Shown piece by piece: positions 6,392 through 15,010 of a stretch of 17,948 nucleotides of DNA (the stretch's first letter is position 1; every line of letters begins with the position of its first letter). The notes below the pieces were generated by a model, which saw only the letters and a program-made list of their open reading frames with translations, was not told the DNA's origin and made no database searches. The DNA is from Elusimicrobiales bacterium (GTDB taxonomy: Bacteria; Elusimicrobiota; Elusimicrobia; Elusimicrobiales; UBA9959). The DNA lies in NCBI GenBank assembly GCA_049972095.1, contig JBMFKQ010000030.1:1-17948 (forward strand), given 5' to 3'. The position numbers and the translations under genes were made by a program.

Positions 6392-8137
6392 TCAACTACG
6401 AAAAAAAATTCTTTTCCACCATGGTTTTTTTACTTTTACTATATCCTTTTTTTCTTCTAAGCTTTCAATCTGTGATTTATAAACCGGTAGATCAACAAAG
6501 AATGTAGATCCCTTTCCAACCTCACTCTCAAGACTTATAACTCCACCCTGCATAACAACCATTGCCTTTGTTATTGCAAGCCCAAGCCCTGTACCACCAA
6601 CCTTCTCCCCACTGACTGCCTGAACAAATTTCTCAAAGATTTTTTCTCTATCCTCCTTTTTTATCCCTATTCCTGTATCCTTGACATAAAATCTAACATA
6701 CTGAGCGTTATTAATCGCTCCAACCTCAATCTTGCCACCTTCAGGTGTAAATTTTATAGCATTTGATATAAGATTTATAAGTATCTGCTCAGTTTTTCTT
6801 TTATCAGCATATATATCAGCAAGATTATCTGAAAGATTAGAGTATAGATTAATATTTTTTGAAACAGCCCACGCCTTCATAGAGCTAATAGCTGACTCAA
6901 CAACATCAGCAGGAGATACTCCTTCAAGATTAAAAACCATTCTACCTGATTGAAGTTTTGAAAAATCAAGTATATCTGTTACAATAGAATTAAGCCTTTC
7001 TGTGTTTCTAACAGCAGCATTTATCATATTTTTTAGAGAGGGATTAAGATTTTTGTCCTCCGATATCATATTAAGAGCCATCTTTATAGAGGTTAGAGGG
7101 CTTCTAAGCTCATGTGTTACCATAGATATAAAATCAGATTTCATCTGATCTATCTCTCTCAATCTTGCTATATCATGAGGTATGGTTATTGTTCCTACTA
7201 TCTTACCATCCTCATTCTTTATAATAGCTGTGGCATTTTTAATTGTTTTTGCAAGCTCATTATCACCTTTAACCTCAATAGAGTTATCTATCCTTTTATC
7301 ACTCAGCTCATCTGTAGTTTTTGCTACACTTAAAACTTTGTTATCTTGAGAAATAACATCAGAAAGTTTTTTACCGCTTATTTCATTAAGCCTTTTACCT
7401 GTAACTATCTCAGCCTGTGGTGTTGTCATTATCACATTTCCGTTTTTATCAATTATTATCTCGCTTCCAGCAATACTTGATAACACAGATTCAGCTCTGA
7501 GATAATCATTCTCAGCCTTTATCTTTTCTTTTCTTATCTCGCTTACAGCCCGCTCAATTGCCTGTTCAACCTCCTCCTTAAACTTCTTTAAAAGCAACTC
7601 AACAATATCTTTCTGTTTTTCTTCTTCAGGATAAAGTTTTGAAACAATCCCTTTTATGCTTTCAACAAAATTCTTCCCCTCAAATATCTCTTTTTCATTT
7701 TTTAGACATTCTTGAGATGAAGCCTTTACATATTTTTCTGAAGAAACAATTATGTTTTTTATCCCTTGGTTTTTAAGATAAAGCTTTATATCCTGTTTGC
7801 ATGAGAGCACCCTTGAAAATTTAATAACCTCATCCTCAGATATCCCTCTCATTATTTCAATGGTATCTATATGACAATTTTTATAAAGCGATGTTATTGA
7901 AGAAGGAATTTTCTCAAAGGAAAGAACAACTCTACCATTTATCAAAAGCTTGTTTTCATGAAAAGAAAGCTTTATACTATCTACAGAAAGTGCTCCACAC
8001 AGATTTTTCAACTTAATCTTAAAATCATCTGCTGAGCTTTTAACCTGCGGGTGATCTGATGCATAAAGATTAGATTGAACAAGAACCCTTGTAAATGATT
8101 TAAGAAACTCAGCTATACAAAACTTAACATCTTCCAT
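6392..8137 (-). CDS. Cytoplasmic PAS-domain sensor histidine kinase (HisKA + HATPase_c) with uncharacterised N-terminal domain
   Basis: H-box THELRSPLTSI, N-box QILINLISNAIKFT, G1 DTGIGI, F-box IFEKF, G2 GTGLGL; PAS-like IIIDKNGNVI...AEIVTG...DGKIVG; no TM. ATG 8137 (AAGG 7 nt upstream) preferred over track's TTG 8143. Confidence 0.93.
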   Translation of the reverse strand: MEDVKFCIAEFLKSFTRVLVQSNLYASDHPQVKSSADDFKIKLKNLCGALSVDSIKLSFHENKLLINGRVVLSFEKIPSSITSLYKNCHIDTIEIMRGISEDEVIKFSRVLSCKQDIKLYLKNQGIKNIIVSSEKYVKASSQECLKNEKEIFEGKNFVESIKGIVSKLYPEEEKQKDIVELLLKKFKEEVEQAIERAVSEIRKEKIKAENDYLRAESVLSSIAGSEIIIDKNGNVIMTTPQAEIVTGKRLNEISGKKLSDVISQDNKVLSVAKTTDELSDKRIDNSIEVKGDNELAKTIKNATAIIKNEDGKIVGTITIPHDIARLREIDQMKSDFISMVTHELRSPLTSIKMALNMISEDKNLNPSLKNMINAAVRNTERLNSIVTDILDFSKLQSGRMVFNLEGVSPADVVESAISSMKAWAVSKNINLYSNLSDNLADIYADKRKTEQILINLISNAIKFTPEGGKIEVGAINNAQYVRFYVKDTGIGIKKEDREKIFEKFVQAVSGEKVGGTGLGLAITKAMVVMQGGVISLESEVGKGSTFFVDLPVYKSQIESLEEKKDIVKVKKPWWKRIFFRS

Positions 8138-8139
8138 GT

Positions 8140-9771
8140 TCAAGCCTTAAGCATAAAAGGATATCTCCAATCCCTTGGTGGCACGAAGTTTTCCTTTATT
8201 GCTCTGGGGCTTGTCCATCTTATAAGGTTAAGCCAAGAGCCTGCCTTATCATTTGTTCCGCTTGCCCTTGCGCCCCCAAAAGGCTGCTGATTAACAACAG
8301 CTCCGGTTGGCTTATCATTTATATAAAAGTTTCCAGCAGCATTAACAAGTATATCAGTTGCCTTCATTATTGCCTTCCTGTCCTCAGCTATTATAGAACC
8401 TGTAAGCCCATAGGAGGATGTCTCGTCGCAGAGCTTAAGTGCCTGTTCAAAGTCATTATCATCGTAAACATAAATGCTAAGAACAGGTCCAAATATCTCC
8501 TCTACCATTGTCTTAAACCTTGGATTATCTGTAAGAACAACAGTAGGCTCTATGAAATACCCTTCACTATCATCACACTTACCACCAACAATTATCTTGG
8601 CATCAGAAGATTTCTTTACATATTCTATGTAACCTTTAATATTTTCAAATGCAGTCTTGTCTATTACAGCATTCATAAAGTTAGAAAAATCCTCAACACC
8701 TCCCATCTTTATAGATTTAATCTCGGATATAAACTCATCCCTTATTTCATTCCACACAGATTTGGGTATATAAGCCCTTGATGCAGCAGAACACTTCTGT
8801 CCTTGATATTCAAACGCACCCCTTATAAGAGCTGTCATAAGGACCTTTCTGTCACACGATGAATGGGCAAATACAAAATCCTTCCCACCAGTCTCACCAA
8901 CTATTCTTGGATAGGTTTTGTAGTTTGAAAGATTCTTTGCTGCAAGCAACCACATGCTCTTAAAAACAGCCGTAGAACCAGTGAAGTGAAGCCCTACAAA
9001 ATGCGGGCTACCAAGAACAAGCTTCCCAACCTCACTACCACTTCCAAAAATCAAATTAATAACACCATCAGGAAGTCCTGCCTCCTGCCACAGTTTCATT
9101 ATGTAATAGGCTGAATAAACTGCTGTCGATGCAGGCTTCCAAAGGACAACATTTCCCATTATAGCAGGTGAGCTTGGGAGATTTCCTGCTATGGATGTGA
9201 AATTAAAAGGTGTCACAGCAAAAACAAAACCCTCAAGCGGTCTGTAATCCATATAGTTTAAAGTTGGCTTAGGCGAGTGAGGTTGAGATTTGTATATAAG
9301 CGTAGCAAAGTATGAATTAAACCTGAAAAAATCAATCAACTCACAGGCTGAGTCAATCTCAGCTTGAAATGGATTTTTTGACTGGCCGAGCATCGTTGCA
9401 GCGTTAAGGATGAATCTCCAAGGACCGCTTAAAAGCTCTGCTGCCTTCAAAAAAATCTTAATCCTCTCCTCCCACCTCATCCTTGACCATTCTTCCCTTG
9501 CCTTCATTGCCTCGTTTATCGCAAGCTCAATCTCCTTTGGCCCTGCATTATGATACCTTGCAAGAATTTTTTTGTTTTCATGAGGTATTACAACGCTTGC
9601 GATGTTTCCTGTTCTTATCTCTTTACCACCTATTATAAGAGGAATTTCTATCTCAACTGACTTCATCCTTTTAATCTGCTCCTTCAGCTCTTTTCTTTCA
9701 GGTGTGCCTGGGGCATAGCTTAAAGTTGGCTCATTTTGTGGCATTTCAAGATTAAGTATTGTATTATTCAT
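8140..9771 (-). CDS. pruA: L-glutamate gamma-semialdehyde (delta-1-pyrroline-5-carboxylate) dehydrogenase, monofunctional ALDH4 type
   Basis: NEPTLSYAPG, QAEIDSACELIDFFRFN, PFNFTSI, GETGGKDF, FEYQGQKCSA (catalytic Cys), EEIFGP, NDKPTGAVVNQQPFGGARASGTNDKAG. ATG 9771 with SD GAGGAGG (9777-9783) preferred over TTG 9774. Confidence 0.96.
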   Translation of the reverse strand: MNNTILNLEMPQNEPTLSYAPGTPERKELKEQIKRMKSVEIEIPLIIGGKEIRTGNIASVVIPHENKKILARYHNAGPKEIELAINEAMKAREEWSRMRWEERIKIFLKAAELLSGPWRFILNAATMLGQSKNPFQAEIDSACELIDFFRFNSYFATLIYKSQPHSPKPTLNYMDYRPLEGFVFAVTPFNFTSIAGNLPSSPAIMGNVVLWKPASTAVYSAYYIMKLWQEAGLPDGVINLIFGSGSEVGKLVLGSPHFVGLHFTGSTAVFKSMWLLAAKNLSNYKTYPRIVGETGGKDFVFAHSSCDRKVLMTALIRGAFEYQGQKCSAASRAYIPKSVWNEIRDEFISEIKSIKMGGVEDFSNFMNAVIDKTAFENIKGYIEYVKKSSDAKIIVGGKCDDSEGYFIEPTVVLTDNPRFKTMVEEIFGPVLSIYVYDDNDFEQALKLCDETSSYGLTGSIIAEDRKAIMKATDILVNAAGNFYINDKPTGAVVNQQPFGGARASGTNDKAGSWLNLIRWTSPRAIKENFVPPRDWRYPFMLKA

Positions 9772-9808
9772 CAAGACCTCCTCTTCAAATTTTTAAAAGC
9801 CTAAAATT

Positions 9809-9837
9809 ATTATATAATTTTTAAGCCTCCGTATCAT
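9809..9837 (-). promoter_or_regulatory. candidate internal promoter for pruA-histidine kinase
   Basis: TATAAT (9814-9809) with ATGATA (9837-9832, 4/6 match to -35) at 17-bp spacing, upstream of the pruA SD. Confidence 0.4.
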
Positions 9838-10396
9838 TTAAATATTCCTTAGAACCAGGTTTTACAAGTGGAATCTTTTTACTGCACAAAGGACAGTTTG
9901 AAGAAGAGTATGTTAAAAGACTGATTTTTATAAGATAGTAATGAGGGAAATCCAAAACAACATCTCCTCTTTCAACTATCGCACAAGCTCCAACAACAAC
10001 ACCACCATTTTTTTTAACAACCTCAGCAGTTTCAAGCGTTGATTTACCAGTGGTAAAAACATCCTCAACAATCATGACCCTTTCTCCCTTTTTTATCTCA
10101 AAACCACGCCTTAGGGTCATAAGCCCTCTTTCCCTTTCACTAAATATAAAAGGAAGTTTGAATCTCTTTGCAACCTCCCAGCCAATTATTATACCTCCTA
10201 AAGCGGGTGATATTATTAAATCAGGGTCAAGGTGAACAGTCAGGGTATAAATTCTATCTGCAAGGATTTGTGCATTTTCAGGATAAACAAGTGCCTTTGC
10301 ACACTGTATATATGAATCTGAGTGTAAGCCACTTGAAAGCAGAAAATGCCCTTTAAGAAATGCACCACTTTCCTCAAGTATTTTTCTTACATCCAT
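9821..10396 (-). CDS. pyrE: Orotate phosphoribosyltransferase
   Basis: GHFLLSSGLHS, SPALGG, LRRGF, PRPP-binding VEDVFTTGKS, C-terminal CPLC...KPGS; adjacent to pyrF. Confidence 0.96.
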   Translation of the reverse strand: MDVRKILEESGAFLKGHFLLSSGLHSDSYIQCAKALVYPENAQILADRIYTLTVHLDPDLIISPALGGIIIGWEVAKRFKLPFIFSERERGLMTLRRGFEIKKGERVMIVEDVFTTGKSTLETAEVVKKNGGVVVGACAIVERGDVVLDFPHYYLIKISLLTYSSSNCPLCSKKIPLVKPGSKEYLNDTEA

Positions 10397-11060
10397 TTAT
10401 ATCCTCAATTATAGTCTCAATAGCCTTTCGAGGATCAGGGCTATCAATAACAGGTCTTCCAACAACAATATAATCTGCCCCTGCCTTAACAGCCTCACAG
10501 GGTGTCATAAAGCGCCTCTGATCATCATAAAAAACATCTTTTTCAAGTCTTATGGATGGTGTTATAAATTTAAGCTTTTTTATAAATCTTTTGAGATAAT
10601 AAAGCTCCCGTGGAGAGCTTATAACCCCGTCAATACCAACCTCTTCAGCAATTCTCGCAAAGTGAAGAACCTGATGTTCAAGGGAATATCTGAAACCTAT
10701 CCTTGAGTATTCATGCGCGTCTATACTTGTAAGAATACTTACCCCCCATATCTTTATTTTGTCTTCTGCAGATTCTTTTGCAGCCCTAAGCATCGAGGGA
10801 CCACCAGCTATATGAACACTAAGCGAGTATATGTTCATATCTATAAGATTCTTAACTGTGTTCCTAACTGTGTTTGGAATATCAAAGAGTTTGAGATCAA
10901 GAAAAACAGAGCAATTTCTAGAGATTACAAACTCTATTATCCTGTAATTCTTTACAAAAAGAACAGATCCTATTTTAAATATCCTGACTCTGTCACTAAG
11001 AATTTCAACAATTCTCTTTGCTTTCTCATAATCACAGTCAAGTGCAACTATTATATCCAT
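10374..11060 (-). CDS. pyrF: Orotidine-5'-phosphate decarboxylase
   Basis: IIVALD, FKIG, FLDLKLFDIPNTV (DxKxxD), LTS, TPSIR, DDQRR, VVGRP. Confidence 0.96.
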   Translation of the reverse strand: MDIIVALDCDYEKAKRIVEILSDRVRIFKIGSVLFVKNYRIIEFVISRNCSVFLDLKLFDIPNTVRNTVKNLIDMNIYSLSVHIAGGPSMLRAAKESAEDKIKIWGVSILTSIDAHEYSRIGFRYSLEHQVLHFARIAEEVGIDGVISSPRELYYLKRFIKKLKFITPSIRLEKDVFYDDQRRFMTPCEAVKAGADYIVVGRPVIDSPDPRKAIETIIEDINGCKKNT

Positions 11061-11063
11061 AAA

Positions 11064-11738
11064 TTACTCAAGAGAAAATCTATCAAAAAATATCAAAGCT
11101 CCAAACATCATTATAAGAATTCCTGCAATTTTCTCTATCCACACTATAACATCTTTCCTTGAAGATAAGCTCTTTATGAAACCACCTCCAAATACAGAAA
11201 CTAATATAAACCCAAGACCCATGCCAAAAGAATAAACCAGAAGAAGCATTACCCCCTCAACTATAGATTTGTTTGCAGCAATCATTAGTATGCTTGCAAG
11301 AAAAGGACCTATACATGGCGACCAGCCGAATGCAAAGCTCGTTCCTGTTATAAAAGCTGCTATATAGCCAGGATTTGATGGCCTAAATATCCTTCTTTTT
11401 TCATATTCAAGAAAACCAATTTTTATAACCCTAGTTATATGAAGCCCTAATATAAAAAGGATTAAGCCAGAGATTTTTTGGAAGACAAATTTGTATCTAA
11501 CAAGAAATGAAGCTGTATATGATGAGAAAGCACCAAGAGATGAAAAAACAGTAGAAAAACCAAGAATAAAAAAGATAGAGAATAACAAAAGTTTTCTCCT
11601 ATCAACCTCCCTTCCTTCAAATATCTCCTTTGCCGAAAATCCGGAAAGCAAAGACAAATAACCAGGAAGAAGAGGCAAAATACAGGGAGATGAAAAACTC
11701 AAAAAACCATTAACAAATGCAAGAGCAAATTCTTTCAT
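11064..11738 (-). CDS. ccdA: Cytochrome c biogenesis / DsbD-family transmembrane electron transporter
   Basis: SFSSPCILPLLPGY and FGWSPCIGP Cys motifs; ~6 TM segments. Confidence 0.93.
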   Translation of the reverse strand: MKEFALAFVNGFLSFSSPCILPLLPGYLSLLSGFSAKEIFEGREVDRRKLLLFSIFFILGFSTVFSSLGAFSSYTASFLVRYKFVFQKISGLILFILGLHITRVIKIGFLEYEKRRIFRPSNPGYIAAFITGTSFAFGWSPCIGPFLASILMIAANKSIVEGVMLLLVYSFGMGLGFILVSVFGGGFIKSLSSRKDVIVWIEKIAGILIMMFGALIFFDRFSLE

Positions 11739-12334
11739 TTAACCTTTCTCCATTGAGAGTATAGGATATTAATCGTTTTTACATTTAGATTTTTATTAGG
11801 CCATATCCCTTTTTCAAATCCCATCTTCATCTCCCTAACAAAGCCCTTGGCCTTTATTATCATATCACATACCTCTCTTACAGCACCATCCCCACCTTTT
11901 TTCTTAGATACATAATCACAAACCTTCTTCACATCATCTATTGCATTTGATGGAGAGGCAGCAAAACCGCACTTTTTAAGAACAGGGATATCAGGAAGGT
12001 CATCTCCCATATAACAAAGCTCATCCCAACTAAGCTTAGTTCTTTTAAGTATTTCTTCCACAGCAAGGATCTTTGTCAAAAAACCTTGATAGACAAAGCT
12101 CATTTTCAATAGTCTTGCCCTTTCATAAACACCATCCGATTCTCTGCCGGTGACTATACCTGTGTGTATACCGAACTTATTGAGAACTATTAACCCTACA
12201 CCATCCTGAGAGTTGAATGCATTAAGTTCATGCATCTTAGCTGATGAATCTGTAAAATAAAACATCTTTCCATCAGTAAGAACCCCATCGACATCCATAA
12301 GGAAAATTTTTATTCTTTTAAGCTTCTTATTCAT
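11735..12334 (-). CDS. kdsC: 3-deoxy-D-manno-octulosonate 8-phosphate phosphatase (HAD, YrbI family)
   Basis: DVDGVLTDG, FNSQDG, VTGR, K, MGDDLPD, GGDGAVRE motifs. Confidence 0.9.
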   Translation of the reverse strand: MNKKLKRIKIFLMDVDGVLTDGKMFYFTDSSAKMHELNAFNSQDGVGLIVLNKFGIHTGIVTGRESDGVYERARLLKMSFVYQGFLTKILAVEEILKRTKLSWDELCYMGDDLPDIPVLKKCGFAASPSNAIDDVKKVCDYVSKKKGGDGAVREVCDMIIKAKGFVREMKMGFEKGIWPNKNLNVKTINILYSQWRKVK

Positions 12335-12795
12335 CCAAGATCATTTGAAGGCAGGGCAGGCTTTGAAAAATCTTTTTTATGCCCCGTACTTCCAAAACCA
12401 AATATACCTCTTTTTGTCTTTGGAAGCTTTTTAACCTCTTTGAACTTAGGATAATAAACCGGGATGACAACGAGCTGGGCGATTTTTTGTCCCTTTTCTA
12501 TAACCTGTATTTTATCAGTAAGATTAAACATACAAACAATTATCTCTCCTCTGTATCCTTCATCTATCAGACCGGCTGTTACAATAAGCCCCTTGTTCTC
12601 AATAGAACTCTTACCCCATATAATACCACAGGTTTTCCTTGGAAGTGCTATTTCAATTCCTGTTTTTATCATTGCTGGGCTATGTGGTTGTATATGAACC
12701 TCCTCTATAGAAAAGAGATCTGCACCAGCATCATTTTCATAGGCTCTGTCAGGAAGATGAGCACTATCACATATCCTTCTCACCTTAATCTTCAT
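12331..12795 (-). CDS. dut: dUTP diphosphatase (trimeric dUTPase)
   Basis: DAGADL, GKSS, AGLIDEGYRGEI, KIAQLV, RGIFGFGSTG (motifs I-V); SD GAGGTG at 12801-12806. Confidence 0.96.
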   Translation of the reverse strand: MKIKVRRICDSAHLPDRAYENDAGADLFSIEEVHIQPHSPAMIKTGIEIALPRKTCGIIWGKSSIENKGLIVTAGLIDEGYRGEIIVCMFNLTDKIQVIEKGQKIAQLVVIPVYYPKFKEVKKLPKTKRGIFGFGSTGHKKDFSKPALPSNDLG

Positions 12796-12816
12796 AATAA
12801 CACCTCACTTTAAAAT

Positions 12817-12825
12817 ATTATATCA
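12817..12825 (-). promoter_or_regulatory. Extended -10 promoter for dut-kdsC-ccdA-pyrF-pyrE
   Basis: Perfect TGnTATAAT (TGATATAAT) 10 nt upstream of the dut SD; downstream genes overlap or abut (ATGA overlaps at 12331-12334 and 11735-11738). Confidence 0.65.
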
Positions 12826-12844
12826 AATGCTTTTGTAGTGAATT

Positions 12845-13201
12845 TTATTTTGTATATTTTCTTACAATCTCTATAAGCTCTACAGAATTAACAGGCTTAA
12901 ATATCACATCTATATCTCTTGCAAGTCCAAGCCGTTCAAACTCAATCCTTGAAAGCCCTGTCACAACTATCACAGGAATATCGGCAAGAGATTCATACTC
13001 AGATATCATAGCTATCGTGGTATCGCCAGAGATGTTTGGCATCTGAATATCTGTTATAATCAGATCAGGTTTTGACTCAAGAGCTTTTGATATCATCTCT
13101 TGCCCATCACAAACAGCAATAACTTCATATCCTTCACAGCTGAGTATCTCATACATAAGCTGTCTGTTTATATCATCATCCTCAGCAAGCAATATTTTCA
13201 C
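12845..13201 (-). CDS. Single-domain response regulator (stand-alone receiver)
   Basis: ILLAEDD acidic pocket, DLIITDIQMP phospho-Asp, VVTG, FKP; GTG start with SD GGAGG at 13208-13212; no output domain. Confidence 0.93.
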   Translation of the reverse strand: MKILLAEDDDINRQLMYEILSCEGYEVIAVCDGQEMISKALESKPDLIITDIQMPNISGDTTIAMISEYESLADIPVIVVTGLSRIEFERLGLARDIDVIFKPVNSVELIEIVRKYTK

Positions 13202-13235
13202 CTACACCCTCCACACATAGCTAACAATCACATCT

Positions 13236-14990
13236 TTATTTCATAAACTCAATAACCCCTTCAAAGATAGCCTGAGCAAATCTATCCTGCCATAAGGGGT
13301 CTAAAAGCATCTCCTCATGCTCAGGCAAAATCATATAGGCATTTTCAACAAGAACTGAAGGCATATTGTGTATTCTTGCAACCATATAATCGCCATATCT
13401 AACTCCCTCATCAGGAAGTGGAATGTTTTTAACAAAACTTTCATGAATCGCATCAGCAAGTTTTTTTGAATGCAGGTGATAATAGTATATCTGAAAGCCC
13501 CTTGGCTTTGAATAGGGATCTTCTCCATCCGCTATTGCGTTGTTATGTATACTGATATAGATATCACCATCAATCCTTTTTGCAATTCTTGGTCTTTCAG
13601 AAAGAGGAATCTGCTCAATAGGATCATTGCTTGTCCTAGTCATATAAACATTTGCTCCATATGAGACAAATTTTTCATAAAGTTTTTTCGCTATTTCAAG
13701 ATTTACAGAATATTCAAAGCTGCCTGAAGGACCAACGGCTCCATCATATGGAGGGGTTGTTTTTGGAGAATGGCCTGGGTCTATAATGATGTTTATACCT
13801 TTAAGAGGTTGAGGGATGAAAAGTGAAGGAATAAATGGTTTGAATTTAAACTCAATATCAAGTGTCCCTTCAGTAGAATAGCTTACATTGTAGCCACACA
13901 GGTTATCATCTTTAAAATTAAATGTAAAAAGTGTTTTATTATCAAGATTTTGCCTAAACATAACAGAGGATATGAAATTGTCTTTTGGATCATAAACAAT
14001 CCAGTTTATATTCGCAGCAGAATTACTAATCTCAAGATAAAGTTTTTTATCATCCTCCCATATAGCAAAAGCTACTTTCATAGATGTAAATATCCTTGCA
14101 AGAACACGGTTCAGTGATGTTTTTATAAGCTTAACACCACTTATCTTGGAGTTTAGTATCCTATGTGAAATTCTTTTTATATCAAGCTTATCCAGATCAG
14201 CATAAAGCTTCATATCTCCAAGAACTGCACGACATCTTTTAGAATCAATCATATCACAAAAAAGATTTATTCCCGGCTCAAGAAAAAGTATATACCCTCC
14301 TGCATCATTTTTAAGAACAACATTATCTGTTGATGTCTCAACCATATAATAACCATCAAAAATCCTTAAGAAATCTTTAAAAATCGCTTTTTCCCCTTTG
14401 AGTTTTCCTTGGGTATATTTAAGAATAATATCATAGTTTTTTGCTTTGATATTTACTGGAATAGAGAAACAGTATTCAAAATTCCCCTTTTTATCATCAT
14501 CTACAACACTATTAACAATCTTGTCAACCTTCACCATAACCGAGGTGTTAGCAAGTCCCTTGAAAGAAATACAGATATCAGATCCTTTTGAAACATAAAC
14601 ATAGCTTGATGATAAAAGCTCAAAAGGAGTTTTATCATCAAAATTTCTTCTGTTGTCTGTAATCACAACATTTCTTCTGTAGATGCTTTCACCAGCATTA
14701 ACCACAAATGAGGGGTCTGATGTTGATATTGAAACATAGGCTATAAAACTTCCATTTTTGTATGGTTTTACAATCTGGCCATTAACAGTAATTGTGGATG
14801 GAATAGGATTAACATTACCAAAAACAAAACTCTTAGAAACACTCCCTATATTTTTACCCTCCCATGGATATACTATGTTAACTGTGTATGTTGAGATAGA
14901 AGTCTCACTTTGACAATAAAGATTTATAATGGAGAAAAAAAAAGAATACAATAAAAGTATTTTAAACGCTGTGAAACATAATCTTAACAT
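13236..14990 (-). CDS. N-acetylmuramoyl-L-alanine amidase (Amidase_3) with signal peptide and ~380 aa beta-rich N-terminal region
   Basis: IIIDPGH, E in FEYSVNL, LSER, YISIHNNA, SVLVENAYM (zinc ligands H/E/H and catalytic Glu intact); hydrophobic N-terminus. Confidence 0.93.
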   Translation of the reverse strand: MLRLCFTAFKILLLYSFFFSIINLYCQSETSISTYTVNIVYPWEGKNIGSVSKSFVFGNVNPIPSTITVNGQIVKPYKNGSFIAYVSISTSDPSFVVNAGESIYRRNVVITDNRRNFDDKTPFELLSSSYVYVSKGSDICISFKGLANTSVMVKVDKIVNSVVDDDKKGNFEYCFSIPVNIKAKNYDIILKYTQGKLKGEKAIFKDFLRIFDGYYMVETSTDNVVLKNDAGGYILFLEPGINLFCDMIDSKRCRAVLGDMKLYADLDKLDIKRISHRILNSKISGVKLIKTSLNRVLARIFTSMKVAFAIWEDDKKLYLEISNSAANINWIVYDPKDNFISSVMFRQNLDNKTLFTFNFKDDNLCGYNVSYSTEGTLDIEFKFKPFIPSLFIPQPLKGINIIIDPGHSPKTTPPYDGAVGPSGSFEYSVNLEIAKKLYEKFVSYGANVYMTRTSNDPIEQIPLSERPRIAKRIDGDIYISIHNNAIADGEDPYSKPRGFQIYYYHLHSKKLADAIHESFVKNIPLPDEGVRYGDYMVARIHNMPSVLVENAYMILPEHEEMLLDPLWQDRFAQAIFEGVIEFMK

Positions 14991-15010
14991 AAAAATATTA
15001 TAATAAATAT
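14991..15010. promoter_or_regulatory. Symmetric bidirectional -10 promoter, predicted leaderless transcripts both ways
   Basis: Palindrome TATTATAATA (14996-15005) gives TATAAT on + (14999-15004) and on - (15002-14997); each is followed by exactly 6 nt and then the ATG; no SD on either side. Confidence 0.7.

Noticed and set aside
12331..12795. dUTPase motif II reads GKSS instead of RSG, suggesting inactivity
   Set aside because: Conservative variant; the Ser and motifs I, III, IV and V are intact.
14935..14943. A9 tract in the amidase signal-peptide region (also T9 at 4852-4860, A8 at 15233-15240) as phase-variation sites
   Set aside because: A/T runs of this length are expected in such AT-rich DNA and all frames are intact.
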